A DNA stretch of 64,000 bases from Camelus dromedarius (lineage: Eukaryota), in NCBI RefSeq assembly GCF_036321535.1, contig NC_087436.1, positions 8,866,001-8,930,000 of the forward strand, given 5' to 3'. This document shows, in pieces, positions 12,394-26,056 of the stretch (the first letter of the stretch is position 1; each line of letters opens with the position of its first letter). The notes beneath the pieces are model-generated. The model saw nothing but the letters and a program-made list of their open reading frames with translations, was not told the DNA's origin and did no database searches. A program made the translations under genes and the position numbers.

Positions 12394-12854
12394 GCGCTGC
12401 AGGAATGTATATGCATTTGGTTGTAGACAAGGAAACAGAAACTTGTACTGCACCTGGGCGGAACTTGCCAATCCCGGGACAGGGTGGACAAGACGTGGGG
12501 GTGAGAATATAGACAAAAGAGTGCTCAAAGTGCTGGCCACGTAGGATGGACTGTGCTGGAAACATGAGCTAATTGAATCAGGAGGCTTATCCACAGGGAA
12601 CAATTAGGGGATCAAAAATCAAAGGAGACAAATAATATGTATGTTGTGTGTTACTGGGTAGAAGAAAGAGAAACTAAAGTAGATGAAATAGAATATAGTA
12701 AAATCAGGATATAGCAATTTTCTGTCTATGTAAATGATGAAACAATATTATGTGTTTTTGGCAGTGTAGAGGAGAAGAAAATAATATAAGTATTATAACT
12801 TACAGGGAAAATATAAATAATGGGGGCAGAAAATAAAAATAGTAATAAATGAGG

Positions 12855-12878
12855 TAGATAGATAGATAGATAGATAGA
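12855..12878 (+). repeat. (TAGA)n microsatellite
   Basis: tagatagatagatagatagataga. Confidence 0.9.
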
Positions 12879-12924
12879 AGTGTATGATATCAGAGTAAAA
12901 TAATTACATAAAGATTCTCCCCCA

Positions 12925-14310
12925 AATTAAAGATTGAATTACCATATGATAGAACAATTCCATTTCTAAGCATTACTGAAAGGAAATTAAAACAGGAACT
13001 TGAACAGACATTTGTACACCCATGTTCCTCTCAGCATTTTTCATAATAGCCAAAAAATGGAAATAGTTGAAGCATCCATCAACAGATAAATGAATAAACA
13101 AAAAGTTGAATTATTGTACCATACACAAAAAATTAACTCCAAATGGATCAAAGACCTAAACATAAGACCTCAAACTATAAAACTCAGAAGAAACATTAGG
13201 GAAAAGCTTCATGACAGTTGGCAATGATTTCTTGGATATGACACCAAATGCATAGATGAGAAAAGTAAAACTAGATAAATTGTACTCTATCAAAATTGAA
13301 AGTTTGTGCATCAAAGAACACAGTCAACAGAGTGGAAAGGAAACCTACATAATTGAGAGAAAATATTTGCAAATCATATATATGATAGGCATTAATATCT
13401 AAATTTCATAAATAACACCTACAACTCAGTAACAACAACAAAAAGAACCCTATTAAGAATGGGCAAAGGGCTTGAATAGATATTTTCCCAAAGAAGACAT
13501 ACAGATGCCAACAAGTATATGAAAAAAAGTGCTCAACAAACTAATTATGAGGGAAATGCAAATCAAAACCACAATATGTCACCTCGCTCCCATCAGGATG
13601 GCTACCGGATAAATGCACACACACACACATGCATGCACACACAGCAACAGAAGTTTTGGCCAGATGTGGAGAAATTGGGACCCTTGTGCGCTATTGGTGG
13701 GAATGTAAAATCATGACCACTATAGAAAAACAGTATGGAGGATCTTTAAAAAATTAAAAAATAGAACCACCTTATGATCCAGCAATTTCACTTCCAGGTT
13801 TATATACAAAATAATGGAAAGCAGGGTTTCAAAGTGCTGTTTGTAGCATCACTTTTAATAGTTAAGATGGAAGCAGCTCAAGTGTCCATAGATAGATTGA
13901 TAGATAAACAGAATGTGATTGGTACAGACACTAGGATATTGGTGTAAAAAATAAAAACAAATTCTGACCTGTGCCACCACGTGGATGAACTGTGAAGACA
14001 CGCTAAGTGAAATAAGCCAGCACAAAAAACAAATATTACATGATTTCATTAAAATGCAGTACGTAGAGTGGTCACATTTATAGGAAAAGAAAGTAAAACG
14101 GTGCTCGCCCAGGGCTGAGGACAGAGGGAAATGAGGGATTCATATCATAGGGGCATAAAATTTCAATGGTGGAAGATGAACAGTTCTGGAAATGGATGGT
14201 AATGATGGCTGCACAACAATGAGAAAGTACTGATGTCACAGAACTGTACACTGAAAAAATGGTTAAAATAGTAAATTTTATGTTCTCTATATTTTACAAC
14301 AATAAAAACA
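12925..14310 (+). mobile_element. Old L1 (L1MB-like) 3' portion in two segments
   Basis: ORF2 3' remnant (aaatggatcaaagacctaaa, gaaatgcaaatcaaaaccaca) and L1MB-like 3'UTR (gttctggaaatggatggtaatgatggctgcacaacaatg...aaaatggttaaaatagtaaattttatgtt). Confidence 0.9.
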
Positions 14311-14364
14311 AGAACTCTATAGCATCAAATTCTTTGGTCCCTTTGGTCACTGAAGTTAAGATAT

Positions 14365-14570
14365 GCAGGTTTGGGTCAAAATATCATTGCCTACAGATTG
14401 GTGAACAAGTCAACTAGCCTCTCTGAGACTCAGTTACTAGAATTGTAAATGCAAATAATATTAATAATATTATACTATGGTGGTGTTGTGAGATTGAATG
14501 AGAAAATACATTTGAAGTACTTTGCACAATGTGCAACACATGGGAAGAAATTAATAGAAATTAATTTTTC
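14365..14570 (+). mobile_element. MIR SINE
   Basis: gcctctctgagactcagtt...tgttgtgagattgaatgaga...tactttgcacaatg. Confidence 0.7.
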
Positions 14571-16499
14571 TTTATTATCATTATTATTTCAATCTCCTGA
14601 GACTAAGATGGGTAAAATGATGATAAAGCTAACAAAATAATTAGCAGATGCAAAAAGAAACAAATGAATGTTCACAAGAAGAGAGCCCCAGTGATGGGTG
14701 AGTTCTCTTTTGAGTAGCTGAAAAAGAAAGCTATAGAGATGTCTGATAGGAAACTGGGAATTCCGAACCAGGTGTGCAGGAAAGTTCCTGACCAGAGACA
14801 TTAATTTGGCAGTTGTTACAGTAAAAGGTTTCCATTCCCTACAAAGCTATATGGTATAGCTAGAAAGAAATAGATTATGGCTTCTAATTCTACTATGAAT
14901 GTGACCTTGAGTACGTTGCTTAAAGTCTCAGTGGGAAAGAGAATGCTTACTTCATAGCTTTGTTCTAAATATATATGTTTAATTATTAAAATATTAATAA
15001 ATAATTTATTTAATATAACAGTAATCTATTTAAACACATAGACAGTCCTTAGACACAGCTATAACAAGAATAATTGTATCTATTGACATAAGCACTTGAT
15101 AAGATCCCAATAATAAAAACAAAAGCAACAACAGCAACAAACTAAAAGCATCACCACCAAGAGTAGCCACCATATGAACATGTGAAACACTTGCTACCTA
15201 CCTGTGCCAGCCCTGTCCTAAACATTTCACATAAATTTTCTCCTCTAATCTTCAGAAACTTCTGGGACCTATTTTTTCCTCTCCTCCACCATTTTTATAA
15301 ATAGGTAGCACAAAGTGAGTAACTAGGGAGGGGATGAGAAACGTAGCCAGCTTCTTGGAGAGCATCTTTTTGGTTGATTCAGAAAGGACCAGTGAGAGAA
15401 GCAAGAGGACTTCAAGAAGGAAGGCTACTGTGTGCAAAGGAGGACTGAACAAGGACAAGCCTCACTCAACCAAAGCAGGAGAGAGTTAAACATACCTAAA
15501 CCAGAGAATTTTTTTTTGCAGGGTAATCAAATTATAATATTATTTTATAATGAGATTTTTAAAATGTTTTCCTTCCATGCAGACGCCAAGCACTTGAATT
15601 ATTGAATGACTTGGACGCTGTGACAGCATTTTAATGGACTTTCTATATACACGACAATTGAATCTAAATTTCCCTCACTCAGCTTTCACTGAAATGCGCT
15701 GGAGAGAGTTCATCTTAAAATAACTCTGCTGAGAAGGGAGGGGATTTTGCATAGTGTACCACATGTCCGAAAGCATAGAGAGGAGATCGCCAATGAGACA
15801 TCCACTCCCAATTTTATTTGATGTTCAAATCCAGACAGGGTTTGGAAAAATAAAAAAGAAGTCGTTAATCATGGCTAATCTATGCCAATATTCTGTTGTA
15901 AATCAGCAAATTTCAGGCACAACAATTCATGTAAATACTTAATGTTACACACCATGTGCCGAAGCATCAAATATTTATCTTATGAATTAAATATAAGCAC
16001 AGAATTTACCCTAAATAAATAATTATTTCCAATTAGCACTCAGGTCTGCTCCACTGAATACAAGTTAAATACTCTGAAGATGATGATTCATAAAAACTAC
16101 TTTTACCCTATGAGTCTAACTAGTGGGTTAAGTGTTGAAGTCATACCTGACGTAGTCCCTGGGAAGTATTTAAATATAAGATAAATCTTAACAAGAAATA
16201 CTTTTCTCAGAATCCTAGAATCTCTGTGTTCAGCAATGGAGCTGAAAATTCAATAGATGTTAGAGAGAAATTTGTTCCCAAACTGTGTTCTAGGCAACAT
16301 TAGTTATATAAAATATTAATAGATGATTCATTAAAAAAAAACAGTTTGGGGGGGCAAATATATTGGGGAAATATTGAAGCAAACATCTTTAAGACATTTC
16401 TTAGAACTTTTAACAAAGCACTGTGAGTTTTCAAGAGAGCACCACTCAGGTGAAGATTTTCCTTGGACACAGAGCCCATGTACTACAAGATCCATTAGG

Positions 16500-16725
16500 A
16501 ATGACTAAGGGCTGAACTCTGGGATCACATGGACTTGGGACAAAACCCAATTCTGCTAGTTTTTAGGTACATGACTGCAAATTGCTTAACCTCTCTGTGT
16601 CTAAATGTTCTCATCAAAAATTAAGAAAAAAAGTACAAAAAATGAAACAAACAAAACTATCTCATAAGGTTCTAATGGAGACTGAAAATTCATATTTTGA
16701 GGACTTAGAGTAGCATCTGGCAGAA
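16500..16725 (+). mobile_element. MIR SINE
   Basis: gcaaattgcttaacctctctgtgtct...ttctcatc...tctcataaggtt. Confidence 0.7.
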
Positions 16726-16764
16726 AGGACCCCCCTCCATTAAAATTTGGTTGTTGTTACAACA

Positions 16765-17151
16765 TGCTATGAATTGCATGTTGGTATCCTCCTCCCTCAA
16801 ATTCATGTGTTGAAACTCTAAGCCCCAATGTGATGGTGTTTCATGGTGGGACTTTTGAAAGGTAATTAGGTAATGAGGGTGGAGCCCTGATGAGTAAGAT
16901 TAGTTCCCTTATAAAAAGAAAAAGAGACAGACATGGGACCTCTCTCTCACTCTCTCTCAACCTCTCTCTTCTCTCTGTCTCTGTCTGTCTGTCTCTCTGA
17001 CTGTCTGTCTCCCTCTCTTTCTGCTCCATGTGAGGCTAAAATAAGAAAATGGGTCTCTGCAAACCAAGAAGTGAGCCCTCACCAGACACTGAATCTGCTA
17101 GCACTTTGATCTTGAACTTACAGCCTCAGAAGTGTGAGGAAAAAAAAAAAT

Positions 17152-17186
<35 letters not shown>

Positions 17187-17238
17187 TGTTTAAGCCACTC
17201 AGTCTTGTATTTTTGCCATAGGATCCCAACCTAAGACA
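16765..17238 (+). mobile_element. MLT1A-type MaLR solo LTR with internal CT-rich and (TA)n expansions
   Basis: tgctatgaattg...gagggtggagccctgatg...gagccctcaccagacactgaatctgct...ctaagaca. Confidence 0.9.
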
Positions 17239-18213
17239 CTGATTCCTCCAAGCATCTCTGAGGAGCAGTGTACCAATGGGAATCTCTATTTGAGCATGTT
17301 TCACAAATATACTGTCCTACAGTTTCAATCACATTAGTCCAGGATTTGTTACTACTTACGCTGCCCGTGGTAGATGCTTGAGTAGGTCTTTTATTGAGTG
17401 AGCATAGATGTGAATCATTAGATGTAAGGAAATAATTTCATCCAAACGAGATACCAAATCTCACCAAAAAGGATTCTGTTTCAGAAGCAATCAGAGCCAG
17501 TAAGAACATTTTCTCAGGTCAGAGATCCCTTTTAGATGAGCTGGGGACTCTAACAGGTCTTTTGACAAGATAGGGGGAGTGGGGATAAAAGGCTAAGGAA
17601 GGGTCTTTAGAATCACAGAAGACCACACCACGTTTAATAAGCACATGTAATAAACATGCTAAACTGTGAACAATTAAATGATTTACATGTAATAAAATGT
17701 TACTAGAGGCAGCATGTTGTAATGGAAAGACTCACTTATGAAGTGATTATGGGACTGTTGATTTAGTTCTTTGAATCCTAACTTCCTTTCTGAGGTTGTT
17801 GTGAGGATGGCTAGTTGGCGTTTCCCTTCTGTGAACCCTAAACATTTTGTGGTTTACATACTGGTACACTGTATGGCACAAGCTTACTTTACCAAAACAG
17901 AACACTTCTAGAAACTGAAATTTTTGTTTTTTGTATTTTATAAATATGACCACCATAAGAAAAAAAACTCTGTTAGCAGAGTATAGATAAGATAGGGTGT
18001 TCTAATTATACATAATAATACTTATGGTTATTTTATTAATCTATATCAAATAGTCAGAATTAACTAAAAAGTTTTTGGCAAGATTGTTGACCCTTATGTA
18101 GCTGGAGGTGGAAAGAAAGTTCAAGTACAAAACATACCTTATTTTACTTCTGCCTCTCATTAAATTTTAGTTAAATAGAAAATGTAAATATTATCTACAG
18201 AACCTAGTTAATA

Positions 18214-19150
18214 CAAACAACCAGATCAAAACAAGGGCAGAAGACCCAAAGAGACATCTCTCCAATGAAGACATCCAGATGGCCAGCAGGCCCTTAAAAA
18301 GATGCTCATATTGCTAATTATTAAAGAAATGCAAATCAAAACTACAATGAGGTGTCGCCTCACACCAGTCAGAATGGCCATCATTCAAAAGTCTACAAAT
18401 AATAAATGCTGGAGAGGCTGTGAAGAAAAGGGAACCCTCCTACACTATTGGTGGGAACATAAATTGGTGCACCTACTATGGAGGACAGTATAGAGGTTCC
18501 TTAGAAAACTAAAAATAGCCTTACCATAAAATCTAGCTATCCTATTCCTGGGTGTATATCCAGAAAAAATTCTAATTCAAAAAGAAACATACATCCTCAA
18601 TGTTCATAGCAGCACTATTTACAACAGCCAAGACATGGAAGCTATCCAAATGTCCACTGACAGATGACTGGATAAAGAAGTTGTTGTATATTTATACAGT
18701 GGAATACTACTCAGCCATAAAAAGAATGAAATATTGTATTTTGCAGCAAAATGGATGGCTCTAGAGATTATCATATTAAGTAAGTCAGACAAAGACAAAT
18801 CTCATATGATATCACTTATATATGGAATCCAAAAAAAAGATATAAATCTTTTTTACAAACTGAAAACAGACTCACAGACATAGAAAACAAACTATGGTTA
18901 CCAAAGGAGAAAGGGCAGGGGAGGGATACATTAGGGGCTGGGGATTAACAGATACACATTATAATATATGAAATAGATAAACAACTAGGACCTATGGTAT
19001 AGCACAGGGAGCTATATTCAATTTCTTGTAATAAAACGTAATGTAAAATAATCTGAAAAAATATATATCTATGTATATGTATAACTAAATCACTCTGCTG
19101 TACATCTAAACTAACATTGTAAATCATCTACATTTCAATTAAAATATAAA
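18214..19150 (+). mobile_element. 5'-truncated artiodactyl-type L1 (ORF2 C-terminus and 3'UTR)
   Basis: ORF 18302-18493 translates to [11 protein letters not shown]...PVRMAIIQKSTNNKCWRGC, the L1 ORF2 C-terminal region; a full 3'UTR follows. Confidence 0.95.
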
Positions 19151-20249
19151 TACATTTATTCTTAGAATTAAAAAAAAGAATTGGTCTCTAAGTAACAAAG
19201 AGGTAAGAAGTGCAAAGGAAAAAACAGATTAACAAGAATTTGAGTAAAGAAGTTTTTAAAGAAGATGAACGGAGAGGAACAGAGAAAGAGAAAATGACAT
19301 TGAAAGAAAGAGAGCAAGTGGAGAGGTGGAAAGAAAGTGTAAATTTTGGGGAAGAGAAAGGCAGATGGATGAAGATGTAAAAATGCACCAGGATGAGGGA
19401 ACAGTAAAGGACAAGAACCAGGTAATTACAGAGGAATTCAGCATGTACAGAAGCCAACGGTGCACTTGCTGCTGAATGAAAGTCTGATTAAATAATCCTG
19501 TAGCCTTGAATCTCTAGTCAATCCAATTTATAGAACATCCTTCAACTAGGCTCTAGCCAAAAATATACTGCTATGATTCAGGGATCAAATCCAGAAAAAG
19601 GATCAAACGGGCCTAAAAAGGAGATTACGTAGCTCACTTCTTGATGGATTATTGTTTTATTGGTATATAAATATTTGGACTGATTGTTCTGGTATCACAT
19701 AATACTTTAGATGTGCACAGGGTGCGAGCGAATCTTAACTCTAGGTGTCATTTCTATAGAACAACTTGGAAACAGGAGAAAACTTCTCACCATTCACTTC
19801 AGGTTTCAATGGACTCTGGAAAGTGTGATAGAAACATTTGCTCTGTATCAAGGGGTTTAGTGCTGCCTGTGGCATCGTGTCCAACCTCTGGCTTAAAATG
19901 TTAAAAGGTTTCCCACCTCAAAAGCTTTTATACACTTACATTCAGTGTACTCTCTCATGCCTTGCTTACAAAAAGAGGTTCGAGTCCATTATACATTTTG
20001 TATTTTGCCCACTTTATGAGATAGACATTTAATTCTTAATTCTCTAAGGTGTGATAGCATTTCCCTAATATTATGGAAAGTCTCAAAAGTTGACATAATC
20101 CTGACTTCCGTGTGTTTATAATGTTTACCTCGCATATAACTAGTAGACATCTGGCATAGATACCAACTACACATTTGTAGAATGACGTAGTGCTGTTTGA
20201 GTTTTATGTTGAAAATGTAAGATCAATTGTTGCAGATGATCATGGCTTT

Positions 20250-20783
20250 TGTGAAAATAAATAAAGGAAAACCTCGTGGAAAATGGAGTCAGGAAGCCCT
20301 GAAGGGAGCGCTCTCAGGTACCTGTCATTCATTAAACCTACATAACTAGCAGGAAGACTGAAGATAAGGATTATTTTAACAAGGTCTGTTTGTGTAGAAT
20401 TCTGTGTATGTAATTCTCTCAGCCTCAATGTCTTATCCTTGATGAGAAGAATGTTACTTTGCTTCTGGTATAATTCCGTCTCCTGCTTTTAAGAAAAGGA
20501 AGGAAGGTGCCTCCCTGCCCTCAGCAGCAAAGCAGGAAAACCTGCTTACAGCCAGTAAAGAACAGCCACAGCCTGGAAGTCTTGTTCTCCTGTTAACTTT
20601 GATTCAAAACAACCCTCCTCAATTTTCTCCAAAAATCTGATGAAAGGTGACCTTCCCTTTGTCTCTTTGGACTTTCCTATGATTCACCATAGCTTGTCTG
20701 TCCCAAACTACAATTCTCTGCTATCCCAAAATAAAATCATCTTGCTGGTAAAACAACCGACCATTTTATTTTGAAGGTTGACA
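20250..20783 (+). mobile_element. ERV1-class solo LTR (MER34/MER39-like)
   Basis: tgtgaaaataaa...aaaatggagtc...aataaaatcatcttgctggtaaaa...gaaggttgaca; flanks cttt/ctat give a 4-bp TSD with one mismatch. Confidence 0.75.
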
Positions 20784-22695
20784 CTATCACACAATAAGTT
20801 AAAAGAGCTTTTAAAAATTATTTTCTGAAGCAGTGGTAGATTATATCTGATGATTTATCTTTTCAAATTCTCCATATTAACCATCAAGATTAACAAGGCT
20901 TTATCCTCTCTAAGCTCTTAAATGTATTTAAAATTTAAAGTATATTATATAATATTTATTTTAAAATAAACACATTATAATATTATGAATATTGGATATT
21001 TTACATATAATGGTATACACAGAATATGTGGACGGTATCGTGACAGATACAAATCATTTCAGCTAATATTTATTTATTTATATATCTGGAAAATAGTATG
21101 TTGCCTCTTTTCACTGATGACATATCAACTTGGAGATAAAGATAATACTTAATTATGTAAACATTTATACTCTAAATAAAAAAAAAATCATCTTACTATA
21201 CATTATTCCATATATAGCAAAAGATTTGTCTATAATTTTAACCCCATAAATACAGATAGCCATTTATTGTACTTTTTTTTTAATAAATAACAGAACTCTG
21301 GCAATTTGATTGTCCCAAATCAAGATCTATTTATCACTATAGCCATCCTACTACAACTGACGGTTTATTCAGCTCCATAAATAAATTAAGTCAGTAGAGT
21401 TATCCAATTAAGATTATCAAAAATAATTTCCAACCTTTGAGTCATTTTACAGTACATTATTGCTTCAAGTCTGAATGGTTTCAGCATTGCTGAAAAGTTG
21501 ATATATGCAGCAAATAATTTAGTATACATCTTAGTGATCCATTTTCTGTATATAGTTTTAGAAGATTACAGAATTTCATTATGTTACTGGTTTTGCTTCA
21601 CACTTTTACTGAATGGTAAATTGTTAAATGTATCCATTTAAGTAATAGAAAGTAAGTCAAATGAAACTCCTCTCTCCGCCTGCACCAAGAATTTAGAAAT
21701 AAGGGGAAACATGGTGTCTTTAAAGCAGGTTCTTCTGCTGAAACAGCAGCTTATATGGAACACACATATAAACGTGTGAAAAATTAGAAAATTGGCATCA
21801 GTCCTCTGGGCTAGATTAATGGGAAACATTTTCTTATATAGATGAACCCACTGGAATGTGATTCCAAATCAGGCAAACAAGCTCTCAGGGTGGACTCAGA
21901 CTCTTGATCTGGGCAAGTAACTGAGATGAGTCATTAGTGAGGCTGTCCCTCACCTCTGCCCTGACACAGACATGTGTCACCACACAGGCTGAGACGGGTG
22001 TCACGTGACATTGTTTTTCATTTCTTGGCTTTATACAATATTTAATTTAAGAGAACACCCTATGTTTAATTATATATTTATTTACATATGTTTAATTGCA
22101 TATTTATATATAAATTATATATTTATTTAGAATATTTAAAGAGAATACTCTACGTTTAATTATGTATTTATTGATAACCACAGGTTTAAATACATTTCTG
22201 TCGTTAACATGTAAAAATTAAGTTCCATAGTTACATAGCTTTGTGTTATAAAAAGTTCAAGTGGCAATAGATGTATGCATCTGTTATTCCCTCTCAGATG
22301 CAGGAGTAGCTCCCCAATCACAGTTATTTTTTTTCAGTTTACGATCTTGCTAGGACAACCTAAAGACAGTCCCATCCTGCTCACCCAATTCCAGAAGAAG
22401 CCGAGGGCGGTAACTGGGCTGCAGCTATTGAGGGAGCCTAAGTCACTCTTTGAGACATTGTTAGATAGATGCTAATGACAAGACAGGATTGTGAGGAACA
22501 GCTACCAGGTCTCAGGTCGCAACTTGTCAATTTCATAGAATTGGCTGTATCTTTCCACCTACCCTCCTCCACCCTTCAAGTCACAGTGTCCATACAGTGC
22601 TGATTCTCCAGTAGAAATAATGGGGTACAATGGTGGCCATTTTCTCCATTGACTGGTAATAACTGTTGTATATCAGTGATGCATGAAAAAATTAG

Positions 22696-22808
22696 GGGGA
22701 GGGTAGAGCTCAGTGGTAGAGCACGTGCCTAGCACGTGCAAGGTCCTGGGTTCAATCCCCAGCACTTCCATTAAAATAAATAAAAATCTAAGTACTCTCC
22801 CTCTCCAA
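22696..22808 (+). mobile_element. Vic-1-type SINE, full length
   Basis: ggggagggtagagctcagtggtagagcacg...ggttcaatcccc (Pol III A and B boxes); TSD aaaaaattag at 22686-22695 and 22809-22818. Confidence 0.93.
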
Positions 22809-25425
22809 AAAAAATTAGTCTTATTCTTCAAAACGGAAGGGTTATCTTAAGAGGAAAATTCAAGCAAAAGAACCAGAACAAATTGAAGAGTTTGATCATA
22901 ACAAGGAAGACACAATATATTAAGAGCCAAAGATGGAGCTGGGGAAACATGTGGAAGGTTAATATGAAAGCCAGGAACCAGTGTGGAACCATGAACTAAT
23001 TTGAGAAGACATTTCTTGAGCTGTTCTCTCAAAGGTTTTCAGTAACACCAGTGGAGAGGACACACACATGTTACGAAGTGTTGTAAACCAGAGAAAAAAG
23101 GAAGTTAATAGCGCCTCAGGAACAATGAAAAGGTCTACTTAATGATTAGGCTTGAGATTTTTTTAAAAAAAGTAAGTATGCAGAAATATTACTTATGTAA
23201 AAAAAATGAAAAATGCTTTTAAAAAAGGAGGCTCTAGGGGAAAAAATAAAGTACAATATACAACTTTGCAGCAAGGGGAGGCCAGCCCAGAACAATGGAG
23301 AGGGAGCAGGGGCCATTAAGTAATAGCCTGGGGTCAATCCCACAGTGATGAAATGAGGCAGTTGGCTGAGATTTCTTAAAAGGAAGCTTATTTATGTTCT
23401 CATTTTGCAAAATATCCTTAATACCTCCTAGCAGTTTCGTTTAAGTGTTTAATAGCATTTTAAAAACAGAATTTTCAAGTTTTATAGAAATTTAAATGGT
23501 GATGGACGCACAATACACCTGAATATTGAATGTGAAGGACTCTAGTGTGTGTGAGTGTCTGTGTGTGCACTTTCAGATAAAAAGATCTGAGCTCATAAGT
23601 ACTCTTAAATTATTTTAATTCTCTTAAACAAATAGATCTTAGTTTACACGGTAAATCTTAGAATAACACATTATTCTTCTAGTCAAGGAATAATCCCTTT
23701 TATTTTCCAGGGCTTTTGAAAATTTCAGTGTATTTTGAGCCAATGGCATTGACTCCAAACCTAAATAATGTCTGCTCAGTTCTTAAGACAGTTGCCTTGG
23801 GTATATCATTTTTGTATCTACTGATGGGTGCTGATTTTTTCGTCTGTTCATTTATTATTTTTGCTGGATATATTTGGTTTCCCAAGAAAATTGTAACTTC
23901 CTTAAATGCTGGGATTTAACTTTTTGAAGGGGACCGCCTTGAATAATTACTTTGTTCCTCACATTCTTAAAGCTTAATAAAAGCTTTATTTAGTCATGAA
24001 AAGTAAAAAGAGGTGCATATGCTGAAATACAGAACAATTTATAGTATAATGTAATTATTCTAAATATTAGTGCCTATGGTATATATGCATTCATTTGCCT
24101 GTTGCATTAAACTATATTGTTAGTCTTACTTTTCTATATCGTAATATATGAAATAATGTGTTTATCTGATAATAATTACCAATTTAATGATGTTTTTGAT
24201 GAAATATATTTCTTTGTGTTTCATTATAAGTACTAAGGAACTAGTATTTTTCAGTGTTCAAAGAGAGGTAAAAATATCTATTAGAAATAACCAATAGCTT
24301 TTTTTTTTTTGGTCAAATAACTTACTCAGCAAACAGCAGGCAATTTGAGTTGGTTCCTTTTATTTTATGCAGTAATAGTCAAATTACTTTCCTGAGATTT
24401 TATTTTCTATAACTAACATAAAGAAAGCTTACAGTTTCTCAAATTTAATCTTTAGTTTCCAGTTTTCACCATCTGCCTATCTTTCTCTGTAGATTCTCAA
24501 CATTATAAAATGCAGTATTTGCATTTTGATATATACATAGAGTGTGAACTTTTTAGCAAAACTACATCAATCAGATATACTATAATTTATTTTCAAACCA
24601 TTGCATCAAATGGGAGGAAATTTTGGACTGGAATAGAAAACCCAAATTTAGTTTTGATCATTTAAATACATTTTAACTACAGCAATCTCCTTTGAAATTT
24701 AAGTATAAATAGCATAATGTAATAAAGTCAGCATGAGAAATATGTGATTAAATCATAGTCCTCAATAATAGTAATTCAGAGGGAAATTTAGTTGACATCT
24801 GAGTCAATTACTTTTTTGAAATATTATGTATATATCAAAAACTGAAAATATTTTGGAGATTTTTGTCATAATTTAATGGTAAAAGTAAAAGATTATGAAA
24901 GTACGTTTTAAAAACAACAATTTTCTCTAAAGGACTCTGAAGACTTTTTAGTTTCATTAAATTTTTGAATAACCTTTCATTCGATTGTGGTATTCTTTTA
25001 AAATGGGAAATATCTGTCTCCTGATGTTTTCCAAAACTTGTTCTCAATAATACAAAGGAGCCATTTACAAAAATTTACCAGAACTTCTCCCTTACGTTGC
25101 CTACTATTTAGAGTAATATCGATTAATAGAAATATATTCTGATTTAAAAATAAGATTAGAAAACATCATTGGAAGATAAAGTTGACAGGAATTGATTCAT
25201 TTAATTATTTCCCCCCATATTCCAAGCAGAGCAATAATGGAAAGAGAGGAGGAGAAACAAATTCAGAATCACCATTAAAGACTTCTTGTGATTCTCAAGA
25301 TTCAAATAGATGTACTTTAAAGATTAATTCCAATCTATGAGCATCTAATACACATGGACATACCAATTTTAATTGATTAGGTGATTAAGACATAAAGAAT
25401 AGCTATTTACCAAATCCATCTTTTT

Positions 25426-26056
25426 GAGTTCTGATTGTACTTTTAAAAATATTTTTAATTAAAGTATAGTAGATTTACAGTGTTGTGTTAGTGTGTGGTG
25501 TACAGCATAGTGATTCAGATATACATATGTATATATTCCTTTTTGGATTCTTTTTCATTACAGGTTATTACAAGATACTGAATATAGTTCCTGTGCTCAA
25601 CAGTTGGTCCTTGTTGTTTATCTCTTTTGTATATAGTGGTGTATATCTGTTAATCCCAAACTCCTAATTTATCCCTCCCTGCCCTTTCACCTTTGGTAAC
25701 CATAAATTTATTTTCTATGTCTGTGAGTCTCTTTCTGTTTTGTAAATAAGTTCATTTGTATCATTTTTTTAAAGATTTCACATGTAAGTGATATCAGATA
25801 TTTGTCTTTCTCTATCTGATTTACTTCACTTAATATGATCATCTCTAGTTATGTCTATGTTGCTGCAAATGGCATCATTTCATTATTTTTTATGGCTGAG
25901 TAGTATTCTGTTGTATAAATATACCACAGCATCTGTATCCAGTCATCTGTTGATGGACATTTAGGTTGCTTCCATTTCTTGGCTATTGTATATAGAGCTG
26001 CTATGAACAGTGGGGTGCACATGTCTTTTCGAATTAGGGTTTTCTCTGGATGTTTC
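25426..26056 (-). mobile_element. 5'-truncated lineage L1
   Basis: Reverse L1 3'UTR and ORF2 end (…TIAKKWKQPKCPSTDDWI…); TSD accaaatccat(c/t)ttttt starting at 25409 and 26057. Confidence 0.95.

Noticed and set aside
18302..18493. ORFs with real protein similarity (also 13519, 25855, 31423, 36680, 49357)
   Set aside because: They lie within truncated, decayed L1 copies (ORF2 or 3'UTR remnants) and are not host genes.
19190..19470. Purine-rich tract translating to E/K-rich peptides (possible pseudogene)
   Set aside because: Stops and frame changes, no recognisable homologue; explained by low complexity.
22696..22770. tRNA-Ala-like gene
   Set aside because: It has a SINE tail, an A-rich end and a TSD, so it is a Vic-1-type SINE head and not a tRNA gene.
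23700..23919. Overlapping ORFs on both strands (similarly 29222-29510)
   Set aside because: Short, TTG-started, with no convincing paired splice sites or homology.
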